Source: Candidatus Uhrbacteria bacterium CG10_big_fil_rev_8_21_14_0_10_50_16 (lineage in GTDB: Bacteria; Patescibacteriota; Patescibacteriia; UBA9934; UBA11717). Taken from it: a stretch of 64,000 nt of DNA. This document shows, piece by piece, positions 46,170 through 55,413 of the stretch. The DNA lies in NCBI GenBank assembly GCA_002774875.1, contig PCYM01000001.1, positions 246,153 to 310,152 on the forward strand. Reading direction: 5' to 3'. Position 1 is the first letter of the stretch; the number at the start of each line of letters is the position of its first letter. Below the pieces are notes generated by a model. The model did no database searches and was not told the DNA's origin. It worked only from the letters and a program-made list of their open reading frames with translations. The translations under genes were made by a program, and so were the position numbers.

Positions 46170-48311
46170 ATGGAATCCAGTAGGTTAGAAATCAAAGCAG
46201 CGAGTCGAGAAATGCTCCGAGGGAAACCTCGTGGGACGTTTTTAACATTCACACAGCCGCTTGAACACAATAACGGCCACGTGTTCCTTTTATTAGACTT
46301 AGACGCTACGTGTAAGGTGGCGCCCAACGTGATTGCACTATTAAGAGAATCCGTAGAACGCCTTGGTCGTACGTTAAGCGCCGAAAGTCACCTACAACAT
46401 AGATTCGAACAAGTATTGCAATCAGTGAATGAAGATCTTTCTGAGTTGATAGAAAAGGGTGTGTGTCCGACAGAGAGTCTTCATATTGCGCTTGGCGTCT
46501 TGCGTGATGGCGCATTCATTCTTTCGGCCACAGGAGAACTTAATGCCCTTTTTTTGCGCAAAACAGCAAAGCAACGGTTCCGTGTTTTTGATCTTTCACA
46601 AAATTTACAATCAGAGGCCGGTAAAATTGAGGAACGAAAATTATTTAGTGTTGTCCTTGATGGAGATCTACAGGCAGACGACGTACTCTTTCTTGCATCA
46701 CGCGAATTACAAAATGTTCTCACGGTAGAGGAGATTCACCCCCTCCTTTCTACCCTCCCGCCAGCGAGCGCGCTTGAGGCTATTGAGCAATATCTCCCCG
46801 TTAAAACACATCTCTCAATTGTGCTCTTTCAGGTGCGTGTGGAAAAGGACATCCTCACAGGGTTTGGAAAGCACACAACCGGCAAATCGAGTATGAACGC
46901 TCTTCTGGAGTCAGAGCGTAAAACAACATCCATGTTGGAATTAGAAAAACCGCACGTGCAACAAACATTTAGCCAATTTGTTCGTCTGGTGCGATCCGGC
47001 AATGCCATTGAACGCAAGGAGACCTTGCGACGTATTGGCGAGCGTCTCTTGCATTGGATAAAAATACTCGGCTCACAAGCGTTTCATATTCTCACGAGTA
47101 TTGCCGTTTCGGTTGTTTCTCTTCTCTCCGCGATCGTAACGCGAGGGTCAAGACGTGAGCGATCGATTAAAAATATGAAGAGTACCTGGGGACGCACAAT
47201 CAACTCTATTAAGGCACAATTTCATCATGCGGGCTGGGGAAGCCGGCTTTTGCTCATAAGTGGTATCGTGTTTGTCGTCCTTTTCTCCAGTATTACCGCC
47301 TACACACGATTCCAGACAACCTCCCAAACAGAACGCGAAGTGATCACTGCAACGTTTGATGAGATTCAAAGTAAACGCGATCGTGCACACGCAAGCAATC
47401 TCTATCAAGACGAAGCCGCTGCACGACAACAACTCCAAGAGGCACTCTCGCTACTCGACACAATTGATACCAAGAAGCAGACACAGAAAGACCAAGTTGA
47501 ACAAGTTCGTGCGGGTATCCTGGAGGATCTTAATGTCATTCGACACCTCTTGCAGCCAACGATTACAACGATTCCCGTCGTAAACCAGGTCATTGCTTCC
47601 GGCGAGAAATCAACGGTCTATTTCCGTGACGGATCCCAGGCGAACCTCAACGGATCAACTCTGGAGCCCGCTGAACGTACGGGCGAGGAAACGGGCTATT
47701 TGAGACTTGTCACCACCTATAACGACACGGTCGTGGGGCTTGATGAACACAATACGTTTCTTGCCTATCACTCTGATACGCAATCATGGAGTCGTGTTGG
47801 AATTAACTCGGTAGAAGGTGAATTTACCGACGCCGTAGATCTTTTCCATTACGGGGAACGACTCTATGTTCTCACGTCCAGCAATCTCTACAGGCATCAA
47901 CGTGTAGAAAACGGCGAATACGGCCCCGGCACTTCCTGGCTCCAAGATCCCGTTGATTTGAGTCAGGTGCAGGCGATTGCGATCGATGGCAATGTCTGGC
48001 TGGCCGACAATGGTTCTGTACGACGATTAGAGCAAGGACGCGAAGTTGGAGCAGACATGAGTTCCATCGATCCACCACTTGGAGCTGTGCGTGATTTGTG
48101 GACCAACGCGGAGACGCCGTTTCTCTTTATCTTAGACCCTGCCAACAAACGCGTGATTGTCTACAATAAGGAAACGCAGACTCTCGTGAACCAATACGTG
48201 GACGACGCCATCGGGAGCGCCTTTGGCATGCGTGTAGATATCGCAAACAAAACAATTATTCTCTACGCTCCCACAACGGTCTACACCTTCCCTCTCTCAG
48301 ATACCCTTTAG
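46170..48311 (+). CDS. large membrane protein: N-terminal cytoplasmic domain, two TM helices, coiled coil, C-terminal beta-rich domain
   Basis: 713 aa. No family recognised. Confidence 0.45.
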   Translation: MESSRLEIKAASREMLRGKPRGTFLTFTQPLEHNNGHVFLLLDLDATCKVAPNVIALLRESVERLGRTLSAESHLQHRFEQVLQSVNEDLSELIEKGVCPTESLHIALGVLRDGAFILSATGELNALFLRKTAKQRFRVFDLSQNLQSEAGKIEERKLFSVVLDGDLQADDVLFLASRELQNVLTVEEIHPLLSTLPPASALEAIEQYLPVKTHLSIVLFQVRVEKDILTGFGKHTTGKSSMNALLESERKTTSMLELEKPHVQQTFSQFVRLVRSGNAIERKETLRRIGERLLHWIKILGSQAFHILTSIAVSVVSLLSAIVTRGSRRERSIKNMKSTWGRTINSIKAQFHHAGWGSRLLLISGIVFVVLFSSITAYTRFQTTSQTEREVITATFDEIQSKRDRAHASNLYQDEAAARQQLQEALSLLDTIDTKKQTQKDQVEQVRAGILEDLNVIRHLLQPTITTIPVVNQVIASGEKSTVYFRDGSQANLNGSTLEPAERTGEETGYLRLVTTYNDTVVGLDEHNTFLAYHSDTQSWSRVGINSVEGEFTDAVDLFHYGERLYVLTSSNLYRHQRVENGEYGPGTSWLQDPVDLSQVQAIAIDGNVWLADNGSVRRLEQGREVGADMSSIDPPLGAVRDLWTNAETPFLFILDPANKRVIVYNKETQTLVNQYVDDAIGSAFGMRVDIANKTIILYAPTTVYTFPLSDTL

Positions 48312-48315
48312 GAGT

Positions 48316-49290
48316 ATGCTTATTCACGATGCGGTTTACGGTCCAACAGAGATTCTGGAACCTGTTCTTTTAGACGTGATAAACGCGCCTTCTGTTCAGC
48401 GTCTCAAACACATTGCACAATTTGGCTTGCCAGACGCCTATTGTCACCTGCATGGGTTTTCTCGTTTTGATCATTCCGTTGGTGTCCTTCTCCTGCTCGC
48501 ACACCTCGGCGCCTCGCTCGAGGAACAAGTTGCCGGGCTTCTGCACGATGTGTCCCACACCGCCTTTTCTCACGCCACAGACTGGATTTATCAAGAATCT
48601 ATCACAGAAGATGGTCAAGATTCTATTCATGCACATTTTTTGTGCACATCCGATCTCCCCACTATCTTAGAGACGCACGGGATGACCGTTACACGCATAG
48701 CGGATCATCATCTTTTTTCTCTCTTAGAACAAGACGCACCCGCGCTCTGTGCGGATCGTGTGGATTATACGTTGCGAGAATGTGACACATCCGTAACGCA
48801 AGCGTGTCTTCCATACCTGATGGTCCACGAGCATCGGATCGTTTTTTCTGATCTTGCCGCGGCACAAACACTTGCCCATGCTTACGCGGAGAGACAGCGT
48901 GTGCATTGGGGGAGCGCAGACAGCGTCTCCCGTTATAAACTCGCAGGACTGTTGTTTAAAATTGGGTTGAAGGAAGGCGTAATAACAAAGCAAGATTTTT
49001 GGACAACAGATGAGCAGGTTCTCACAAAATTAGAGTACGCCTCTTCCGCGCAGATTCAACATCTTCTCTCCGTGCTCAAAACGCCTTCGCTCTTTGAACA
49101 ATTCGCCTTTACCGTACCAACACACAAAAAATTCCGTCACATTGATCCGGATGTGTTGGTAGATCATCAGCTCGTCAGACTCTCGGAAATGGATCCGGAC
49201 TATTGCAAAACGCTCGACCAGGCACGAGTGGATAACGCACAAGGTGTACGTACTCTGGACCTTGAGGACGTAATGAGGGGGATCGAATAA
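48316..49290 (+). CDS. HD-domain phosphohydrolase
   Basis: H...HD...H...D metal-binding pattern (HSVGV...LLHDVSHTAFSH). Confidence 0.7.
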   Translation: MLIHDAVYGPTEILEPVLLDVINAPSVQRLKHIAQFGLPDAYCHLHGFSRFDHSVGVLLLLAHLGASLEEQVAGLLHDVSHTAFSHATDWIYQESITEDGQDSIHAHFLCTSDLPTILETHGMTVTRIADHHLFSLLEQDAPALCADRVDYTLRECDTSVTQACLPYLMVHEHRIVFSDLAAAQTLAHAYAERQRVHWGSADSVSRYKLAGLLFKIGLKEGVITKQDFWTTDEQVLTKLEYASSAQIQHLLSVLKTPSLFEQFAFTVPTHKKFRHIDPDVLVDHQLVRLSEMDPDYCKTLDQARVDNAQGVRTLDLEDVMRGIE

Positions 49291-49667
49291 TCGTGGTCAA
49301 AAACCCAAAAGACTTTTATAAAATATTCACCCGCGGCAAGTGTGCCGCGGGTTTGACGTTGTTGAACTGTGTTCAGTTGGTCCCGAGATAGTGCCTGAGC
49401 CCTCGCACATCGGCTTCCGTCGCGTAGAGCCGAAACTCGATGTTTTTTTGTTTCCGGCAGAAAACCGACCTCCAAAAACCGCTGGGTGCACACGAGCCCA
49501 CCTACGGCCGTAGCCTCGATCTGCCGCCGAAGCTCCGCCTGCATGGCCAACACGATCAAAAACAAGCACTTTTCCGCTCGATCTTGGTGCAGTTCCACAT
49601 CCCTCGTAAAGACCGCCTCCTCGTCGTACGTGAAGTTCATGTAGACTCGCTTGTTGCCGTTCTGCAC
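49200..49667 (-). CDS. hypothetical ORF in a GC-rich patch (possibly a pseudogene or mis-delimited gene)
   Basis: 155 aa ORF. Its 3' end runs through the HD-gene terminator and 90 nt into the HD gene. Confidence 0.2.
   Translation of the reverse strand: MQNGNKRVYMNFTYDEEAVFTRDVELHQDRAEKCLFLIVLAMQAELRRQIEATAVGGLVCTQRFLEVGFLPETKKHRVSALRDGSRCARAQALSRDQLNTVQQRQTRGTLAAGEYFIKVFWVFDHDYSIPLITSSRSRVRTPCALSTRAWSSVLQ
49329..49353 (+). terminator. terminator hairpin after the HD gene
   Basis: CCCGCGGCA-AGTG-TGCCGCGGG followed by TTT. Confidence 0.4.
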
Positions 49668-49733
49668 AAACTGGGGTACACCTCCTTTATCGGCAAGGTG
49701 TCAACAAAGTGGGTGACCGTCAATCAATCACTC

Positions 49734-49755
49734 TTTCAAAACACCGACGATCGTC
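49734..49755. repeat. partial copy (22 nt) of the palindrome half-site TTTCAAAACACCGACGATCGTC
   Basis: Identical to 49819-49840. Confidence 0.7.
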
Positions 49756-49816
49756 ACCTTGTTAATTTTGTGATAATAGCGATTATATGAGAGATTGTGC
49801 TAATTATCAAAACGCC

Positions 49817-49854
49817 CGGTTTCAAAACACCGACGATCGTCGGTGTTTTGAAAC
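49817..49854. repeat. perfect 38-bp palindrome GGTTTCAAAACACCGACGA|TCGTCGGTGTTTTGAAACC
   Basis: Verified base by base as its own reverse complement. Confidence 0.8.
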
Positions 49855-49951
49855 CTTATCAATCACCCTATTAAGAACGCGTCACGCCCCACTTTTCTTT
49901 ACATGATCCTTTCTCTTTCCCTTCTTTTTTGCTCCTACAGAACGTAACAGA

Positions 49952-49971
49952 TTTGTCGTACCTACGACATT
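49952..49971. repeat. 20-mer TTTGTCGTACCTACGACATT, copy 2 of 2
   Basis: Identical to 9226-9245. Lies 28 nt upstream of the rplJ -35 element. Confidence 0.6.
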
Positions 49972-49999
49972 TTTGTTATGAACGGATTCTACCTCCCAC

Positions 50000-50028
50000 T
50001 TGACAGCCCTCATTAAGCCCTATATACT
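50000..50028 (+). promoter_or_regulatory. sigma70-like promoter TTGACA-N17-TATACT for the rplJ-rplL operon
   Basis: Exact -35 and a good -10. It leaves a ~190-nt leader before rplJ, the L10 leader position. Confidence 0.5.
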
Positions 50029-50221
50029 CCTCATAACCTTAACCGTAGACAACGGCTGCCTGAAAAGGCTTAATTGGCCGTCGAGGTAGAGAATCGTATA
50101 AAATCCTAGGATTTACACGCGTTTCTTCCGATGTCTGTGGTTTAGGGCCACAGGTTTTTTTAATTAGAAGTGGGATCCGGGACGGTGTTCTTCTCCCCTA
50201 TTCCTCAATTCTACAGATGGT

Positions 50222-50746
50222 ATGGCAAAAACACGTGCTCAGAAAGAGCAAATGATTGCCGACCTGACGGACACGTTCTCAAAGACCAAATCCGTGGTGT
50301 TCGCTGAGTTTTCCGGAGTTCCCGTCCAAGCAATGGACCGTCTCCGTACACAGGCACGCAATGAAAACATTGCTGTGTCGGTCTCCAAAAAGACCCTCAT
50401 GAACATTGCAGCGCAACAGGCTGGTTGGACCGGTGTGGATACGGCTCAACTGCCAAATAGCGTGGTCACCCTTATGGGGTACGAGGACGAGGTACTTCCA
50501 GCAAAGTTGGTCGCAGCTTTTGCAAAGGGACAGGCCGGTGTCCAGATTGTCGGTGGCGTGCTCGAGGGAGCCTATGCTTCCGCCGACCAAATGATTGCCT
50601 TGTCACAGCTTCCTGGAAAGCAGGAGTTGTACGCAAAGCTCGTTGGTTCGATCAATGCCCCCGTCTCTGGTTTCGTCAATGTATTGGCAGGCAACATTCG
50701 TGGCCTGCTCTACACATTGAACGCGATCCAGGAACAAAAGGCATAA
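50222..50746 (+). CDS. rplJ: 50S ribosomal protein L10
   Basis: [15 protein letters not shown]...VVFAEFSGV is canonical L10. Confidence 0.9.
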   Translation: MAKTRAQKEQMIADLTDTFSKTKSVVFAEFSGVPVQAMDRLRTQARNENIAVSVSKKTLMNIAAQQAGWTGVDTAQLPNSVVTLMGYEDEVLPAKLVAAFAKGQAGVQIVGGVLEGAYASADQMIALSQLPGKQELYAKLVGSINAPVSGFVNVLAGNIRGLLYTLNAIQEQKA

Positions 50747-50801
50747 CCAGGGTTGGCTATCTACCGCCCTCAATTTATTCGACTATTCTAAGCCCCTACA
50801 T

Positions 50802-51227
50802 ATGGCAGATGAAGTAACAGAGGTTGTAGCAGAAGAAAAAGCTGCTGTACCTGCAAAGTTCGCGTCTCTTGTTGAGACAATTGAGCAGTTGTCCGTTTTG
50901 GACCTTGCTGAGTTAGTAAAAGTTTTGGAGGACAAGTTTGGTGTGAGCGCCGCAGCTCCTATGATGATGGGTGGCATGATGCCAGCCGGAGGAGAAGCTG
51001 GTGGTGCTGAGGAAAAGACTTCATTCGATGTTGAGTTGTCCGCAATTGGCGAGAGCAAGATCAACGTGATCAAGGTTGTAAAAGAACTCCTCGGACTTGG
51101 TTTGAAGGAAGCCAAGGATCTCGTAGATGGAGCACCTGCAATCCTTAAGGCCGGTGTTGCCAAGGATGAAGCAGAAGCAATCAAAGCGAAGATTACAGAA
51201 GCAGGTGGTGCCGTTACCCTTAAGTAA
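50802..51227 (+). CDS. rplL: 50S ribosomal protein L7/L12
   Basis: N-terminal dimerisation helix, Ala/Gly/Met-rich hinge, and the C-terminal domain with the KVIKVVKEL...[13 protein letters not shown] motif. Confidence 0.9.
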   Translation: MADEVTEVVAEEKAAVPAKFASLVETIEQLSVLDLAELVKVLEDKFGVSAAAPMMMGGMMPAGGEAGGAEEKTSFDVELSAIGESKINVIKVVKELLGLGLKEAKDLVDGAPAILKAGVAKDEAEAIKAKITEAGGAVTLK

Positions 51228-51240
51228 TTGCCCCAACAAA

Positions 51241-51266
51241 AACCCACTCAAAAGAGTGGGTTTTTT
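51241..51266. terminator. bidirectional terminator after rplL
   Basis: CCCACTC-AAAAG-AGTGGG hairpin followed by T6. Confidence 0.55.
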
Positions 51267-51277
51267 AATTCCTGTTG

Positions 51278-51544
51278 CTAGTTAAACAAGGAGACGAGGA
51301 ACGTCAATACACCTGCAAGTACAACAGACGCAAGTAAAAGCATGAGCATCCCGACCCAGAGGGCAAACATTGCAGAAAAATGATGCCCGATCACGGCGAA
51401 TGCGCGCTTCCAAAAATGATCTCCCAAGAGCCAGCTACTTTGATTGTGATGTTCCAATGCAGCGATACGAGCTTCTAATGAAGCAATGGACGGCGCAGGC
51501 GATTTTGCTGCGCGCTTTGTGGGTTTCTTTTTTGTTGTTGGCAT
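51278..51544 (-). CDS. small membrane protein (Lys/Pro-rich N-terminus, two TM helices)
   Basis: 88 aa ORF convergent with rplL. Confidence 0.35.
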   Translation of the reverse strand: MPTTKKKPTKRAAKSPAPSIASLEARIAALEHHNQSSWLLGDHFWKRAFAVIGHHFSAMFALWVGMLMLLLASVVLAGVLTFLVSLFN

Positions 51545-51572
51545 ACCTCCTTTTATGAATACGTGCAGTATA

Positions 51573-52283
51573 CTAGTTTATTGTCGTTCCAACAAATGGC
51601 TTTCCATCAAAAATCTTTTCGAGGTTTTTGAGCTTGCCTCCATTTGCAATGACCACCGGAATTCTCGACGCATGCGCGAGCTTAGACGCCACGGGATCAA
51701 ACGGTACATTCATCCCCGGATCCCAGGTGCTTCCTACCAATTTCCTAAATTCCTCCCAACGCATTTCCTTGATCTTCACCGCATCCTTGTGTGTGCGCGG
51801 GTCTTTGTCATACACGTAATCAATATTAGAAACATTGATCACCATTTTTGCGTTGAGCTGTTTTGCAATCCGCACGGCACCATCATCCGTAGATCGTCCC
51901 GGTTTCCAGCCGGCGGCAATCACTAATTTATGCTTTCCCAAATGGATTGTGTTGGGATTTTTTTGAATCGTCGGACGTGCAACGTCTCGAAAGATGGTTC
52001 GCAATAAGTGCGCATTTAAGCGTGTCGCATGAATCCCGAGCCAGTCCACGTCGTCCCGCGTGAGCGTTGTCACCTTCTCGGCCGCGCGTTGATACCCACG
52101 AGATGTTCCTCCACCCCCCGCAATAATCACAAATTTATCGCCCTGGATAATCCGTTTTTCAATCAACGTTCGAAACCCCTTAAGAAATTTGGTATCAATA
52201 TCGGTTCCTGGAACAATCATCGATCCGCCAACAGAGAGGACATAGGTAGGCATAAGAACGTTTGAAGAGAATGGGTTTGGTGT
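51573..52283 (-). CDS. pyrH: UMP kinase
   Basis: Start at MPTYVLSVGGS, then GGGGTSRGYQ and the aspartokinase/UMPK fold. The in-frame upstream extension to 52640 overlaps the next gene and is probably not translated. Confidence 0.8.
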   Translation of the reverse strand, partial: TPNPFSSNVLMPTYVLSVGGSMIVPGTDIDTKFLKGFRTLIEKRIIQGDKFVIIAGGGGTSRGYQRAAEKVTTLTRDDVDWLGIHATRLNAHLLRTIFRDVARPTIQKNPNTIHLGKHKLVIAAGWKPGRSTDDGAVRIAKQLNAKMVINVSNIDYVYDKDPRTHKDAVKIKEMRWEEFRKLVGSTWDPGMNVPFDPVASKLAHASRIPVVIANGGKLKNLEKIFDGKPFVGTTIN

Positions 52284-52315
52284 ATCTAAATAGGTGCTAG
52301 CAAAAAAACCGAGGA

Positions 52316-52657
52316 TTACTCGGTTTTCAATAACCAACTGGTGATCCACCCAACGACCCACATAAAGATCGCCGCGAGCATCGCCGTAAAAAATGAATCG
52401 ATCGAGAACCCAGGAACCAAGCTCGAAGCCAACCAAATCACGAGACCATTGACCACAAGCAGAAACAATCCGAGCGTCATGACCGTGATTGGCAATGTCA
52501 GGACCACGAGCAACGGTCGAACGAGCGCATTGACAAGTCCCAACACGAGCGCTGCCAAAATCGCCAATAAGATTCCATCTAATTGAAATCCTGGGAGCAC
52601 ATAGGCAATCCCCAAAAGTGCTGCGGCGTTGACCATCCAACGAAAGAGAAGTTTCAT
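52316..52657 (-). CDS. DUF360/YvlD-type 4-TM membrane protein (phage holin 4-1 superfamily)
   Basis: Start at MKLLFRWMVNAAALLG, with four TM helices. Confidence 0.5.
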   Translation of the reverse strand: MKLLFRWMVNAAALLGIAYVLPGFQLDGILLAILAALVLGLVNALVRPLLVVLTLPITVMTLGLFLLVVNGLVIWLASSLVPGFSIDSFFTAMLAAIFMWVVGWITSWLLKTE

Positions 52658-52664
52658 AGGTTGA

Positions 52665-52874
52665 TTACACGTTAAATTTTTCTCGAATTTCTTTAACACG
52701 GACTTCCAACGTCTGGATGTGTTGTTTGCAGATCTGCGCAAGCTCCAAGCCACGCTCAAAGTCTTTGAGACCAGATTCTAAATCCACATCATCGCGTTCA
52801 AACGTCTCGGCGATCTTCTCTAATTCCTCAAACGCTTGTTTAAACGTTGGTTGTTTTTTTGTGGGCATAGTCAT
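52665..52874 (-). CDS. xseB: exodeoxyribonuclease VII small subunit
   Basis: 69 aa. FEQAFEELEKIAETFE...LE is the XseB helical hairpin pattern. Confidence 0.8.
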   Translation of the reverse strand: MTMPTKKQPTFKQAFEELEKIAETFERDDVDLESGLKDFERGLELAQICKQHIQTLEVRVKEIREKFNV

Positions 52875-54175
52875 TAATTTGCTTCCTGTACGTCTGCGCG
52901 AATCGTTCCGTGGGCCAATTGTACCTGGATTGTGTCTCCTTGACCAACCTTTGATGCATCCTTCAACACAGCATCTCCCGCATGCACAATCGCATAGCCT
53001 CGGCTCAAAACACGTACTGGATCCATCTCTTTTAAGTAACGTCCCATCCCCTCCACGCGTTCTTTATACCTTGTCAGCTCGTGTAACAAAACATCTCCCA
53101 CATTCTGCACGGTTGTCATCACACGATTCACCTCAAACGCTAACGACTGCATGACGCGCGTCAGTTTTGCGACAGCCGACTCGACGCCGTACATCCGAGT
53201 CTGTACCGCATCTTGCACACGATCCACGAGTCGACGTTCTGTCATCTCAATTTGATTCAGCACCGAGTCTTTGTCTGGCACGACGCGCTCGGCGGCATTT
53301 GAGGGTGTTGAGGCACGCACGTCAGCCGCGTATTCGGCAAGTGATTCGTCTCGTTCATGCCCAATTCCCACCACAATTGGCACAACACTCGCAAATACGG
53401 AGCGTACCACCTGTTCGTCATTAAACGCCGCGAGGTCCTCCAGACTTCCACCGCCACGCGTAAGGACAAGGACGTCTGGTCGGTCCTCCACCGGTAGTTG
53501 ATTCACATATCCAAGCGCACCCACAATATCGGGCACCGCACGTTCACCCTGTACCGCCACGTGCAGCGATTGCACCTCGACCCCACCCCATCGATTCTGC
53601 AGAATCCGCAAAAAATCTGAGTATGCGGCCGATTCTCGACTCGCAATAAGTCCAATCTTCTCCGGGTACAACGGAAGCGCACGTTTCCGATCCACCGCAA
53701 ATAACCCTTCTGCCTCCAATTTTTTTCGCAAACGCTCGAGCTGCTGCGCTAAGGCACCTGCACCCACAATCTCAATGGTATTCACATTCAACGTCAACTG
53801 ACCGTAACGTGGATACACTTTAGGCGTTGCGCCAACAATAATTTTGTCGCCATTCTCAATCTCAACCTGCAATTGATACACCGTCAAAAAACACTTGAGC
53901 AGGGCGCCGTCCTCTAAATCCTTGAGCGTAAACCGCACCCACTTTCCTTGCGAGACAGAAAACTCGCTCACCTCGCCCTCAATAAGCATATTTGGGCCCG
54001 CGATAGAAAAGAGCTGTTGATTGATCAGCTCCACGGCTGCAGACACAGAAAGCGCCACGGGCTTCCCTAGCGTCTGTGCAGATTCAAAAAGGTTATCTTG
54101 GAATGGATCTATCATGTGTTTACATAAACCAACTTGGCTGGAACCATTGCACCACCCACACATAGCCAATGACAA
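52874..54175 (-). CDS. xseA: exodeoxyribonuclease VII large subunit
   Basis: N-terminal OB fold, GGGSLEDL and TPSNAAE motifs. Overlaps xseB by 1 nt. Confidence 0.85.
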   Translation of the reverse strand: MSLAMCGWCNGSSQVGLCKHMIDPFQDNLFESAQTLGKPVALSVSAAVELINQQLFSIAGPNMLIEGEVSEFSVSQGKWVRFTLKDLEDGALLKCFLTVYQLQVEIENGDKIIVGATPKVYPRYGQLTLNVNTIEIVGAGALAQQLERLRKKLEAEGLFAVDRKRALPLYPEKIGLIASRESAAYSDFLRILQNRWGGVEVQSLHVAVQGERAVPDIVGALGYVNQLPVEDRPDVLVLTRGGGSLEDLAAFNDEQVVRSVFASVVPIVVGIGHERDESLAEYAADVRASTPSNAAERVVPDKDSVLNQIEMTERRLVDRVQDAVQTRMYGVESAVAKLTRVMQSLAFEVNRVMTTVQNVGDVLLHELTRYKERVEGMGRYLKEMDPVRVLSRGYAIVHAGDAVLKDASKVGQGDTIQVQLAHGTIRADVQEAN

Positions 54176-54599
54176 GCAAGATCATTGTCACGGCTGTCTC
54201 TAACCAGACCCACGTGTCTTCCTTGGTACCAAACGCTCCAAGTCCCATGAACGGAAATACAATCAGATTGGCAATCAAATACAGGGCCGCACCATAGGTC
54301 ATGACACTCACAAGTCCATACGCTCCACCCATCCACGACCACACACCAGGATTAAACGGATACAGCGCGCCAAACGCTAGTCCCAGCACGAGATGAAACA
54401 ACAACCCTAGTGCAAACGACTCGCGATCAGATAATTTCTTGCCCGCAAAATCTTGAATATCAATCAACAACGGATGTCCGTGGTGTCGACGCCGCATCTC
54501 ATGCACAAGCGCCGGAATACTTAACACAAGCGCCAAGAGCGCGCCAATTCCACCTCCCAATGCAATATCATTTATCATACCGTTAGCGTTTATGAACAA
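54120..54599 (-). CDS. hypothetical membrane protein
   Basis: 159 aa with four TM helices. Confidence 0.35.
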   Translation of the reverse strand: MFINANGMINDIALGGGIGALLALVLSIPALVHEMRRRHHGHPLLIDIQDFAGKKLSDRESFALGLLFHLVLGLAFGALYPFNPGVWSWMGGAYGLVSVMTYGAALYLIANLIVFPFMGLGAFGTKEDTWVWLETAVTMILLVIGYVWVVQWFQPSWFM

Positions 54600-55413
54600 C
54601 GATAATCATTTTTGCCCCCTGCGCCGGGTTTCCGCCATTCCAATCTCCCATCGCCTCCATGATCGTATCAAATGTGTACAAATACTGCTCACCTCGGCGG
54701 GTTCCGGGATCGTTGGTAATAAAACTTGTGGATGTATAGCCCCGCAAAACAAGCATGTGGTACAAAGGACCTACTCCCGAATAAAAGGGATTCTGCAATT
54801 TCCGACCCGCCGCCGGCACAATCACCGGGACACCGTTTGCCAATAGCGTCTTTATTTCATCAATCGTCGGGTTATTGACGGACGTAAACACCAAGCTCGG
54901 GAAACGCGCATTGGCAACTCGTATCGTTTCTTCCACCGTTGTGTCTAAATAGGCCCCCAATTGTGTTTCCTCCAACGCGACAAACGATAAGATCTCTTGC
55001 TCAGCCAGTACGGGTGTTGATAGATCAACCTCTGCATTCAAAAATGCGGCCGCCATGAGCACACTCGCCTCCTCACATGCTTCTTGGTACGGCAGCCCCC
55101 AATCAGTTTGCGGTGCTTGTGAAGTGAACGGAATCGCCAGGTTGATACTCTGTGGTGGAGGCACGGGCTCCGTTGGGTCAATCGTGCCTGTCTGTAAATC
55201 TTGCGGTGTCTCTGTCTCGTCTAATCCTTTGTCTGACTCAACAGGTTGATCTTGATCGTTGACAACTGGCGCAACCACGAGATCGTACTCTACAGCCTTA
55301 GGAATCGTAAGCGACTGCACCGTTTGCGACACAATAAATCGCTGTCGATACAACGCATAACCACCTCCCAACAAAAGAACAATGATCAATGCAACAATGA
55401 TGTTATTCTTCAT
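54583..55413 (-). CDS. membrane-anchored protein with peptidase C39-like domain
   Basis: Start at MKNNIIVALII. The FTSQAPQTDWGLPYQEACEEASVLMAAAF segment resembles C39_2-type papain-fold domains. Confidence 0.4.
   Translation of the reverse strand: MKNNIIVALIIVLLLGGGYALYRQRFIVSQTVQSLTIPKAVEYDLVVAPVVNDQDQPVESDKGLDETETPQDLQTGTIDPTEPVPPPQSINLAIPFTSQAPQTDWGLPYQEACEEASVLMAAAFLNAEVDLSTPVLAEQEILSFVALEETQLGAYLDTTVEETIRVANARFPSLVFTSVNNPTIDEIKTLLANGVPVIVPAAGRKLQNPFYSGVGPLYHMLVLRGYTSTSFITNDPGTRRGEQYLYTFDTIMEAMGDWNGGNPAQGAKMIIVVHKR

Noticed and set aside
51573-52640. Full 355-aa ORF as pyrH
   Set aside because: UMP kinase homology begins at the internal MPTYVLSVGGS. The upstream 119 codons overlap the DUF360 gene on the same strand and have no kinase similarity.
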